This document shows positions 10,941-23,700 of a stretch of DNA of 64,000 nt, one piece after another. The stretch is from Felis catus. Its lineage: Eukaryota. How positions within the stretch are numbered: position 1 is the stretch's first letter; each line of letters starts with the position of its first letter. The translations under genes and the position numbers were made by a program. Location of the stretch: the NCBI RefSeq assembly GCF_018350175.1, contig NC_058368.1, forward strand, positions 188,668,001 to 188,732,000, given 5' to 3'. The notes beneath the pieces were generated by a model. The model made no database searches, was not told the DNA's origin, and worked only from the letters and a program-made list of their open reading frames with translations.

Positions 10941-13900
10941 AAGGCATAGTTTAGTTTCAGAATTAAGTAGCTGGTTAGGTAGTTGGAGGACTTAGTAACA
11001 AAAAAGAAGTCAGCTTTACTGGGTGGGGGAAAGAAATTAGAACAAAGAGAAAAGTTATCAAAGTGTACCAACTACCAATTTAGTAAGATGGATAAAACTT
11101 ATTTGCTTGACTGCGATTTTAAAATATTTCCTTTAAAATAAGGAGGGTGATCTTCTTTAATAGATACTCAGAAGTTTTCAAATTAGGGCATACATGCACA
11201 TTTAAAAATTGTTTTTAGATAAGCATGGCTTAAATATGTTGTACACAATGCACATTCATAAGCTGTTGGAAGTTTTAAAATATACTCAGCAAGAACTTTT
11301 CAATAATAGCTAACTTTGATTATTAGTCTCATATTTCATGGTGAACTAAGAAAAAAACACGAGGGTATGAAATATAGTTTTAACAATAATAAATAAATAC
11401 ATATTGAAATCTATTTTAAGTTATTTGCCCAAAATATTTGGCTTTTCTGAAGATTTAATTCTTTGTTGATTGGTCAGAGTAAATTCACATTTGTACTTTC
11501 GGTCTTCTTTACTGGTTTTGATTATTATATAGGATAATTCCCTTTCATTTGAACACATTGTATTTTGTTAGTTAAAAAAATTTTTTTATCCTGCCAAGCA
11601 GAAACAGAAAAGCCTGATTTCAGTAACATTTTTTTTTTTTTACTGTATCAAAACAAAAATGCCTTAAGTGGAGTTTTGTTTTAAAAAATTGTCTTTGATA
11701 CCGTACGTATCTTTTCCTGCCATTCTCATCAGAGGAAAGAAAAGGTGGGGGAGGGGAAAGTATGAACTCTAATACATCTTCCATATGTATTTATTAGAAT
11801 TTACTTTTCAAAGATAAAAAATCCCCACAAACCTGTCTGCTTGTGCAACATTGTCCACTTAAATATTAAATTATAGGCAGCACTATGAAATGAACAATTT
11901 TAAGGAGTTCAAAACTGGGACATGTTTGGAGTGATTAACTGCTTTCAAAACTTTATTTTAGACCCCTTAAACAAAAAGTGCCACCAAGAATTGATTTTCC
12001 CATTATGAAATGAACTGACTTTATGCAGTCTCATATGGTGGGAGAATAATCTTGATTTTTATAAAGCAATACATCAAATATCATTTTACTAACAAGGTCA
12101 TAGAGCTTAAAAACTCTTAGGGCATTTTTTTGACTGCATGGTATTATAAATTCTATGAGTTGGAGGTGGGGAACTAGATCAAGATACAATTTATTTTTAA
12201 TAATAACAGATATGAGAAAGTCATTTGCCATAATATGACATCTCACTGAAAGTTAAAATTATAAATGTATACAATTATATATTTTGGTGGGGAGAGACCT
12301 GAAAAAGGTTTAAATAGTTATTTGAATTAAGTCCAAAAATACCAAGAGAAAGTGATTTTTTTTTTGAGGCATACCTGTTTGCTCTCATAATAATTGTCTA
12401 ATGCCTTCTGTGGTAGCTTTCACTTTGAAAGGCAATCCCTGACCATTATCTGTTTGTTTGTTGATTATGTGCTGTAAGAGTTTGGGAAGTAGGTTAGCTA
12501 CTTGTATACATAGTTAATACAATAGTCTTCAAAAAGAGTTCAGTGTGAAGAAGGATAACTTTTCTTGCTGTGACATTATTATTATATTTTAGCCTTGATT
12601 GGTGAAACAGCAGATTCTCAACTAGCTTGAAATTATTCTATGATAATTAACTACCACGTCTGATTTAAAATTTCTTAATTTTTTTTATTTTAGTTAAATA
12701 TGAAGTGACCCGTTCAAGTAAGGCGTGACATAAGCTGACTGATTAAATGGTTACAATTTTTTTCCCCTGTGAAATTCTTCCAGATAGAGTCAGGATTTTG
12801 ATGTTTAGAGTAAAGAATGGGATAATTTCAATGACAGGATGAGTTCTAATAACATCATAATTTTTGGAGGGAATACCTAGCCACAGTTCAAGTGTCTCCT
12901 CTTAGCTGCTTGCTTGTAACATTTTTCATATCACAGAGGCAGATTTTGTGTGTGATGTCTTATCTTTGACTCACAAGTTGGGGTTAAAACTCAAAGGGAA
13001 TCTTTGGCAAGGAGAATCCAAAACTAGCTGTGCATTCTATATTTTCATACAATGTTCTTGAACTTGGGTGGAGTTAGCAGCATTGAAGTCAAACAGAAAT
13101 GTACTCAATCAACCAAGATGTATTAGTGTGACACAGTATTTCACACCTTTTCAAAGTGTCTCATTACACTATTTTGGGTAATGACTCTTAATTTTGGACT
13201 CAACTGGGAAAGATGAAGTTTTATTACAAGTGAATGTGTAAGAATCTGAGCCCCCTTATTCCCATGCCTCTCTCATAAAACACAAAGGATGTAATGATAT
13301 TTAAAAAATTCATCCACCAACTAGAAAATAAGAGGCTTGCTTTTGGGAAGGGTTGTTCAAAACCAAGTTTAGCTGGACTAAAAATAGGTTGTTTTTGTGT
13401 CATTGCTGTTTTTGGTATTCCATTAGAGAGCATGCAAAAAGGCCTGTAGGATCCAGAAGTTTATGGCTGTTGCATTCAGAAACAATATCTACTACAGAAG
13501 TTCAAATGAACCCAGTGGGGGAGGTCTGAGGTTTAATGTGGCTCATTTCAGATTTTCATGTAGTATTTGAAATATAATTATGTTATGTGATTGCTTTGGT
13601 GAGTTAACATTAAATAGTTAAAAAAAGCCTTTAACTTATCTTCCCTCCTACCATCTTGCTTTAAAAAAGTGACATTTTTATAATTCAAACAAAGAGTACC
13701 AAATTCCATAAAGTTATCTAAAACTAATTACTCTTGCCCCCAGACAGAAGCTCTTTTTTGGAAAGGGGAAAATGATAGTCACATAATCTTTGTCATGTAT
13801 GGATTTGAAGGGAGGTGATGTGGTAAGGGAACCCTAAAAAGGTCCTAGCATAGTGGAAAGTCCAAAGTACAATAATCAGAAATGCTGTCATATTTATCTT

Positions 13901-14717
13901 ACAAACTAATCTTCTTTATATATTTCTTTTGATGTTCCCAGTACTTTAAGTTATTGATGCAAGTGCATTTTTTCCTATTGATTGTTTCATTATATCCTGC
14001 CACAGCTGCGTAGATTTGATTAACCACCCTTTCAGTTCATGGTTCTTCATTGGTAGATAAACACATTTTTAGTATATCAATAAGTTCGAAAGGAATTCAC
14101 AGGACAGCAAAGAGGTTCTTTCATACATTTGGGGAAACAAACAAACAAAAAAAGACAGGGCAAGTTTATAGTCAGGAGCCATATTTCAGCAGCTTTCTCT
14201 CTCCTTTGGTAACATGTCAAAAATGCAGGTGATTTAAATTTCCTTGCACATAGAGGAATGAAGAAGTTTGGAATTTTTATGCATGATCAGGACCTGTGTT
14301 TGGGAAAATGTAAACTCATCACAGTGGAAAATGTGTTGTTTGGAGTCTGGGGGTGAAAACAAAGCTGATGGTTTTGGAGAGATTGCCGGAGCCAGATGGC
14401 CTAGTACTTCCCCAGTCTGGCGGTCCAACTGCTCCCTCCTGGATAATATACAGCCATTTGTTCAGGGATATTTACGCTAGAGCTGTTTCCATGTGAATGT
14501 TTGAACAGCATTAAAAACGAACATATTAGTAGTGATGCATTTATCGAACTCCTATGACTATACCAATAGTCTGTTCTTAGGTCTTTACTTACATTGGTGA
14601 CAGGAGCGAAGGAGTGTTTGGATGTTGGTGAATTGTTTATATAGTTGTTGAGCAAAAATGATTTGGTCTCAGTGAATAATTAAAATATGTAAGCATTTGG
14701 AGCCAAACTAATGAAAA

Positions 14718-14840
14718 TAATGATAGCACCTACCTTGAAGCTCTGTTGTGAGAATTCATACATGCAAAGTGCTTAGAATAGTGACTGGCACATATTAAGT
14801 GCTTAATAAATTAGCTGCTTTTATTATTTTATTATTATTA
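14718..14840 (+). mobile_element. MIR fragment
   Basis: ATAGCACCTACCT..GTTGTGAGAATT..AAAGTGCTTAGAATAGTGACTGGCACATATTAAGTGCTTAATAAAT matches the MIR 3' half. Confidence 0.75.
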
Positions 14841-15742
14841 TTATTGTCCCATTGGGTTGACAAAACCAGCTGTATCTACTAATATACATGTAAATATAAT
14901 TATCATATGAGTGAAATATCTCATTACTGTTAGAAAAAGAAATATAATATGGGATTGTTAGAATGATTCAATTTTTATCTTGGTGCTTGAATAACATAAG
15001 GGATTTCATTTCTTTGAGACATTAAAGATGTATTCTAAAGCTAACTGCTTTTGATACACATTCTCTTTTTATTCAAGGCTGTGATGTAACTGAACGGTAT
15101 ACTGAATATGATATCATTCCTTTGCAACTTTCCTAATTCAGTTCTGAAAACAGGCCTGCTTAGCTGCTGAGCTGAAATTACATCTTTATAATTTGTTCAC
15201 CAGTAGCCAAGCTGCTAATTGAAGCAAAATAATTTTTTATTTTATCCCACTATTAATGTTGGATTGCTGTTTGACACAATTGTTTATGAAATGTCAGATT
15301 TGTAGTGTTTCCTTTGGCACAGGTTAATTTTTAACTAGGGCTCCTTCACCTTCTGGAAATTTCTGGGATCACATAAGCTAGCGCTTTTTTTTTAAATGAC
15401 AAGTAATATAACTTGGTGGTTGAATGCAATGATTAATAGTACAGTACATTGATATTGTAGGTGTTCATATTATTTTTTGATTAGTTCCAATTCTTGCTAA
15501 CTTGCTACCAAAGGCTTGTTGACAGTCTGTATTTAGAGGACATTTTACTTCTGGTTGAAGGAGGTACTTTGTACATTCATGAACTTATTCTTGAAGGTGA
15601 CAAATTAGGTTTGGCCTTTATTTTGTATGTAGAAAATGAAGTAACATATTTTCAAGGTTACTATTTTTATTTAAAAGGAAAATTAGGAGTTTGGGTTAGT
15701 TATGGGTAACCTCCCTTTCTTTCTTTCCTTCTTTTTCTTTAG

Positions 15743-15743
15743 T

Positions 15744-15810
<67 letters not shown>

Positions 15811-15884
15811 CCTTCCTTCCTTCCTTCCTTCCTTCCTTCCTTCCTTCCTTCCTTCCTTCCTTCCTTCCTTCCTTCCTTCCTTCC
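15743..15884. repeat. Compound (TTTC)n(TTCC)n microsatellite
   Basis: Direct reading. Confidence 0.95.
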
Positions 15885-17446
15885 CTCTAATGATGAGAAG
15901 TCTCCTACTATTTGATTGTAAACCAAAAAAGACTCTTAATGAAAACATTTACTCCTCAAACCCTTTTGGATTTGAAGAACCAAAGTCAAAAGTATTTTCC
16001 TCACCCTCTTTGTTTTGGCATAGAACACAAAGAGTTAAAACTATTAGAAAAGTAAACAAAGAAAAGCCGTGCTCAATTCTCTGTATTTCCTTTGGCATGC
16101 TATTGAAGTGTGATCCTGGTGCATGTTCACTGTGTATCTTTCCTTTCACTGTGTGGTCTTTATCCATAGTAAGTTTCAATTAACTTTTAAGACCCAGTGA
16201 TATTTTGGAAAAGCAAGGATGAACCACACTTCACCAAATGCCATCTAAAATAGTGGCAACTGAGGCAGATTTTTTCTACTGATTGATTTATTCCTTTTCA
16301 CGGATGATATAGGTGAATTTATAATTGGGCATTTGAAATTGATGGCATTTTATTCTCTCGCAGTAAAACTTCTGGTACTGCTGTTGCATAAGGCTATGAA
16401 AGTTTAACGATTCCTATTTTTTTTCCTCTTTTTTGTTCACTAAAAAAACTATTCTGGAAAAAACCCTCAACCTGAAAATTAATGGAGTGTTAAAAATAAT
16501 TTGCTATTTTCTTTCTGCTTATTAGAAGAGGGCATTAAGAAAAGGGAGGTTGGTATATCAGAAAGCTAAATCCGCTCCACATGTGTCACTTTTGACAACT
16601 TCTTTATCAATTGCATCAGGTTTTTAAAGTTGAGATGAAGTTAGTGCTGTTTATTCTTTTGCTTTTCTTCCTGTACAAGTATTCCTGTCACTGTCAGCGA
16701 TTTACTTGCCATTGGAAGGATTACGGTCAATATTGTTTTCTACTTGATAATTGCATTTTGTATTTCTTAGGTTAAAACCCTAACTTGCTTTGCCATCAAT
16801 TCATTTATTTAAATAATATATTTTATATACTTTCTCTCCCCATCCTGCCCATGTCTGTTAATAGGCCTCGGGTCTGTACTCCTGATAAACACATTGATTT
16901 ATTTAAATCACTGTTGTCTTTGTCATTCTCACAGCAGACTACCTTCCTCTCAGTGAGCAGACGCATGATTTACTGTGGAGGATGAAAATAAGCCTTCTTC
17001 TTGGTGTCCCATTGTCTGGGCCCTAAACCAGCTGTCTATTAAAATGGTTTCACTTAAAATAGTCAATGCCGTTTATATGCTTCTGTGATCTCCCAGCTGA
17101 TCCAGGCTCAGGGCGCTTGATTCACACCCCACAGAGGCACATATTTAAATTAGTAAGAAAAGCAGAAACTTCTAAGTTGGTATTAGAAGATCCCTTTCCT
17201 TTTAGGCTTAAAGTCTGGGTTTGCTGAACTGTGAACCCGTCTTTACGGTGTATGAAATGTAGATGGTAGAGAGTTGATGTGTGGCTATCAGCTGTATGTG
17301 TAAGCTGGAGGGAGAGCTTGGTGGCATTTTTAAAAGGTCTATTTGTTGACACGCTGCTTCAGAGATATTCAGCAAAATAAATGTATCATATTTTCCGATT
17401 TTGGATCTCATCAGAATGTTGATTTCTTGGCCCATATCTTTCATAC

Positions 17447-17448
<2 letters not shown>

Positions 17449-17486
<38 letters not shown>
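17449..17486. repeat. (GT)n microsatellite
   Basis: Direct reading. Confidence 0.95.
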
Positions 17487-17488
<2 letters not shown>

Positions 17489-18649
17489 AAGCAGCTTTTT
17501 CAGTAACAAATACTGCACAGGTGAGGTCAGAGGGAGATCTGCCTGTGACTGAGTTCCACTCTGTAACTGATTCTGTTCTACTAAGCTTCTAGTTCACTGT
17601 ACTTACAGGGTTTTAATTCTACTTCATAGGAGAGTGAAGAAACTCCCTCTTTCTCTTGCTTTTATTTCAGAAGTCACAGAAGTAGTACTTCTTTCTCTGC
17701 ATGTATGTGCTGAAAAATATTGTTCTGTTGAGGCCTCAGAAAGAGAAACAGCAGAAACTTCATGCTGCCACCCCTCCCCGGAATGCTTAACTATTTCTGA
17801 GCAAATGCAAACTCATGCTTTTATTTTAATATGCTAGATTTAGAGAAAGATTCTCCATTTTGAGTCTGCTTGCCAGAAGTGAAGTGGCAATTTGGCATTT
17901 GATAAAGAGATGTATTACAGAGGCCCTGGGCCTTCAACAAATGATGTTCAGTCACTAAAGATAAAAACATAGGCTCTCTGGGCATGCACGGATCATCTAC
18001 TATTTGGGGAAGTTGTGAGCATATCTGTATTGCAGCGTGTCTTTCATTGGGTATCATCACTGATTTCAGTGGAACCAGCAGCCTCAACAAAAATAATATT
18101 GGTCTCATCTAGAAAGAATCAAAATGAGAAGGTCTGATGTAACTGTTATGCATTCCTCTTAAAGAAACCAAACTTCTTTTTTTTTTTTTTTAAACAGGAG
18201 GGAAAACCCTGCAATATCTACGAGTATATTTACCAAGTTACTTGTATTAGTTTAGCATGACAAAAAGCTGAAGTTGAAATGGAGGTTATCAGGATATTAA
18301 GAGAACAACCAAAACATGTAGTGGTAATAGGATGCCACAAAAATGCATCTGATTAGAGTTTTTTAGCACCATGTATGAGACCTAGTCAGTTATTTACCGT
18401 GTTTCTTTGATTTTAGCGGTGATTGCAATAAATACAGCAGACAGATACAATTTTTGGTTTTCAAAATGTTTTTGATTTACTTAATGCATTTTCTTGACTA
18501 AAGCAGCTTCTTGGGCGTTTGAAAAGGTCTTTTAAGAGTACAGGAAAGAGTCATCAGTGTGTGCTAAAACTAGTGGATGAACATTTTAGGCATAATATGA
18601 TATTACTATAATCTAGATTAGCTCTCTATAAAATAGTTATGAATTACAT

Positions 18650-19365
18650 AAAATGAAGTAGTAACTTCACGGTGGGGAAATCTGGCTGATGGTCTCTGGT
18701 GGATGGCAGGCACCACCTTAACCAAATGGTCAGTTTACCGTACCATTTCGTTTACTGTGCCATTATAGTAATAGAACTAGTCGACAGTGTGATTTGATAC
18801 ACCGAGAAGAACCCAGAATCACATCTGTGGTATTCTGGCCTTGAATTGGGTAACTTTACTCTAAATCTGAGGAAACATCAGACAAACCCAAACTGAAGGT
18901 ATTCGACAAAAGAACTGGCCTATATTCTTTAACAATGTCAATATCATGAAATACAGACTCAGGAATGGTCTGTTTTAAAGGACACATGGCAGCTGAATGC
19001 AATGATTGGTATTGTATTTTTTTTTTTTTTTCACTGTGAGGGACATTATTTTGTAATTGGTGAATCTCAATAAAATCTGTAGATTAGATTATTGTATTGT
19101 ATCCGTGCTAATTTTCTGATTCAGATAATTGCCCTGTGGGTATTGAAGAGAATGCTTTGGTTTAAGGAAATACATGCTGAACTATTTATGGTATGTCTCC
19201 AGTTTACTTATCATGGTTAAGGAAAAAAAAATTGAAAAGAATAAGCAGATTTAGTGAAGTGTAAACATTTGAGGAATCTGGTTAAAGACTATCTTGTAAT
19301 TCTTTTTATATTCTTGCAACTTTCCTGTCAGGCTAAAATTGTGTCCAAATAAAACATTAAAAAAT
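18650..19365 (+). mobile_element. Old L1 (L1M-type) 3' end fragment
   Basis: L1M 3'UTR-like motifs (GAGGAAACATCAGACAAACCCAAA; TTCTTGCAACTTT) ending AATAAAACATTAAAAAA. Subfamily and 5' boundary uncertain. Confidence 0.6.
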
Positions 19366-20641
19366 ACAGAGTTATGGTGGGCTAACCATAAAAAAAAATG
19401 GTTTTGATGGGCCAGTCATAGAGAAAGATTTTCTCCTGATACAGGTACTTTTCATCATGGTTTTATTTGTTGTTGCAATTTTTGTTCTATAATGGAGTTA
19501 GATATCACACCCAGAGTCTGCTCTAGGGTCTGCACACACTGTGTCTTAAGCTGTCTCCATCATTTACAGGTTCTGAAAGTACCAGGCTTGTAAACAAAGC
19601 ACAGTAGAGGCAACTCCCAGTTAGTTACTGCAGCATCTCTATGTCCTAAATAAGCATAGTCTCTGGTTTTGTCACCAAGTAGTTTTGTCACCAAGAAATT
19701 GAGAGTTATCTAAATGTGTGAAAGTAATTTTATTAATAATCTTAAGTTGTGTCATGTTAGTCTTATGCAGTGATACAGTGTTAAGTTAGTTAACGTGTAT
19801 CCCGATGTAGGCATTGCTCTGCGAATAGCTGTGTTTTTCTTTGGCCCAGGTATTCACACGTAGATCTTCCAGGAAACTGCTCTCTCAGGGAAACTTCGTG
19901 GTGATTTTAAGCAAAATGTTTGTATGCACATTACTGAGAACAGACAAAGATGTATTGGCTGATGAGGTGATCTGGAATCTAAATTTTGGGAGTCAGATGT
20001 AATTCTTCTCAGTTGAGGGAGATAACTCTATGGCTTAAGCCCACACACACAGCATATGCCGGCAAATATTACTGTTTGGGTGGGTGTACACCCTGGGGAG
20101 CACATGTTTTCAGCCTGTAGGCGGAAGGAAGGATTTTCCCTGATTGATGAATCATCTCAAAGAAGACACAGTTAGTGAATGGACTCATTAGCCATACCCC
20201 CACTTGTTTTCTGCTACTCATCTCTGGAACACTAAACGTTGGCATTAAAAATAGTAAAATGAGGCAACAAACACATATTTAAAAATCAAATCCACGTGCT
20301 TTTCTATATTTTAAATCACTAGTATCCGAATCTGCTAAACCTTCCAGGCTTTTCCTCCTCGTTGATTAGATTTATTTTATTCTGAATTGAAAGGAGAATT
20401 GTGGTTGTCTTGACAACAGAAGTTCACCTCACACACTGATCCAAAGGTGTGCGTCTTAATAATGTGGTTGACGGGACAAAGAGGAACATATGTCCTCTAC
20501 TTGATTTGGGTTGATCCTTAACAACGTATCTTGAAACAGACAGTCTTGGGCTCCCAAAAGCTAATTGGCCCCCAGCAATGGTGAAATGATCAAGTACTCA
20601 ATTGCGATAGTTTGTTCTTTGCTACTTGGTTCCATTTTTAG

Positions 20642-20740
<99 letters not shown>

Positions 20741-23700
20741 TAAGAAATACCTTGTTCTCTCCCTTTAATTAGCAAGGAGAAGATGAATTTGTATCTCAAA
20801 TCTAGGTGAGCACAGGCCTATTTTTGGGTGTATATTTATCTTGCTTCTATTAGATGATCTAAAAAGAACTATTAAACACAAGTGTTTGGTAGTAAAGTGT
20901 CAGGCATCACAGTGGTTCTCAATTATTTATTAGACTTCATCCCGGAAGACATACATTTCCATTTTGATATCACACTGTTAATGGGCACAAAGCAATGCCC
21001 TCCCCTTCTTCCTCTCAATCAAATAAAATACAATATAACCTTTTAGTGTTAATATATGTGTTCAACTGCGTTGCTAGTAAAATGAGTAAGAGTTCTATTG
21101 ATGTCAGCAGAAGCCTCTGGTTTGGATAAGATTTAAAAGTTATAGTTCCCCTTTTTAATTCTCCCACTTCAAAATATGACCATCAGTACATAGGCATCAT
21201 TCCTCCTTAAACTAAGTGTGGGTTCCCCTCACCCCTTGCATCTGATCTGTTCCTCTTAGTTACCCTGTATATAACTCTGACAATGTAGCTAATATTTCTC
21301 AGTAGTAGTGAGCTTTTGGAAGGATGGCACATTTTTACACCTGAAAGATATCAAAATTCGTGTCACCCACAAACGAGTGTATTTATTTTGCCTGTAATCA
21401 GGCACAAGCTACATTTGAAAATAAGCAAGGAGACCAAATTCACTTTCATGGCCTCAGCCAGTCCTCCACACTTGAGAGAGTAGATGAGAGAACAGCCTTT
21501 AGACTTGCGGTATAGGATTTTTATTCTTCATAAAATAACACCAGCGTAAAATAATACCTGATATATTCTGAGTAATTGGATAAAGCATGAAGATGCCACT
21601 ACGCATCAGAGAAAGGCTACTAATTGCTTTGTTAGCCATGCAGGCTCTCTCTGGCACAAAGCATGCTTGGCTCCTGACTATTACTGACCAATCCCTTTAG
21701 ACCTTCAGCTGCCACTTCAGCACGGGAGGGTGGGCTTTATTTGCTGCTCGTGGACTTGTGGGGAAAGCTATCTTCAAACTCTACAGGTGGAAATGAAATA
21801 AAAGGGGCTCAGTGTGTTTTCTTACTGAAATCCCAAATATTAACTTCTATATCTATAATTCTATGTGGATATAAAAATTTCTTTTTTTTTCTCTTCAAAA
21901 AGCATGCTTTTAATAGATTATTCTAAATTACTCAGGAGTTTCACAAGTGTTCACTTCAGTGATTTGTAAAACTTGTTAATTATTCCATGAAGAGGTTGCT
22001 TTTCCCTACCTTTAAAATAGTAACAAAACCCAAAAATATGGTTTTTCAATTCCTTAGAAGATATCATTAGGCAAAAATTAGTGTCATACTTATATGTAAG
22101 CAAGAATTGTAAAACTGAGTTACACTTTTCAGAATTAAATGAGTAAAATCATTTTGAAAAGCATTAAAGGTGATCTCCTTTGTATTACTACTTTTCTGAT
22201 CATATCTCTATTTTAGCTTCCCACAATTAGCATGCATGTCATTAGAATGAATTTTCTATGTTCTATTACATGTGATTCTAGCAAATAAGGGACAGGCAGA
22301 AAGATGGATCTCGAACAATAAGCCAACTAATGTCTACGTATCATAGATTTGCATCTCATATCTGTACATGTTTGGACTATGCTGGAAATAATTCTATTCT
22401 TAAAATACTTAAAGATATATTATGCCTTTCACACATAAGCCTGCCCTCTATTAATGCAGTTTATATTTTTCTTGTTCTTAAAATTCATTGGTCCAAAGTA
22501 CTTTATTATGCTGGTTGGCGTGCTTTACTGCTGATGTTCTTTCTATTTTTCAGAAACATAAAAATAGCAAAAATAAAACTCTCAAGCCACTGAAGGCAAA
22601 TGATGATATTTGTACTGCGGGGCTAAGAGGGAAAAGCCATATTCAAAATGTCATCCTGCTAATGTTACAGATTACGGTTTTCCTGGCTGCCTATAGATGT
22701 GTAAGGGGTACTGTTTGTTTACCAGGCCGCCATGACCCTATTACACAAACCTGTCATCTATTGTGTGGCTAACAGTCTTTTAAATTGCAAATCTGATGCT
22801 CTTTAGGGGGCTTTAGGAAAAAAATTCTCACTTTCCACACCATCCTATTTCTCTTGATTTCTTGCCTGTTGTAAGTGGAAGTTGGGATGTGCTGAATTTG
22901 CACCAGGGGTGCAAATGCAGGCTCAATTATAAGCATAAAATTAGAGTCTGTTCACCATTAATCAGCCTGGCTAATTGCTATGCACCACCATTAGCCATAT
23001 GGTGTGAAAGACAGCTTGCTCTCCCCAAGATGAAATTTCTTCATTGCAGACATGAAATAGTGAGGGCCCTGGATTTTAAAATAGCTTGTTTTAGATATTT
23101 AATTTCTAAACAACTTTCTGCAGTGCTTTCTATCAAGGCTAACAGCACAATAAAACTTTGCATTTATGTCACAAAAGCTGTATATTTATAGTACATTGGA
23201 GCTATGGTAAAGAAGACGCAAAAATTTAGATAGACAAGAAAGGGCTTGGATGATTCTGTTTTGTTGCAGGCAAAGAAAAAAGAAAAAAAAAGAAAAAAAA
23301 AAAAAAAGAAAAACACCAGGGAGTTTTGTCTCAGGTGGTTGCAAATTAAAAAAATATATATTTTATTCTGTTGAGAGGGTAACCCCATTGCATGAGCTGG
23401 CTAAAGAACTTACTGCCATTAGATCATAATTATTGCCTGTCTTTGAGACAAAACCTCTTAGACTTGATGGCATAGAATTCTTTTTGTGGTATTCTGGGAG
23501 AGTTTCTGCATTTTTGGTAAGTTGGAATCTATCGTACCAATTATCATTATATTTTGCTAATACTTAGTGGTTAAGTTCTCTAAAAAATATGCCCCCTGCA
23601 GGATTTTTTAAAGCAGGAGTCTATAAGGGATTTGATTATATGTGCATCTCAACATCCTGTGTTTAAATGTAAATGGAAAATAGGAACTGTGCTTGGTAGG

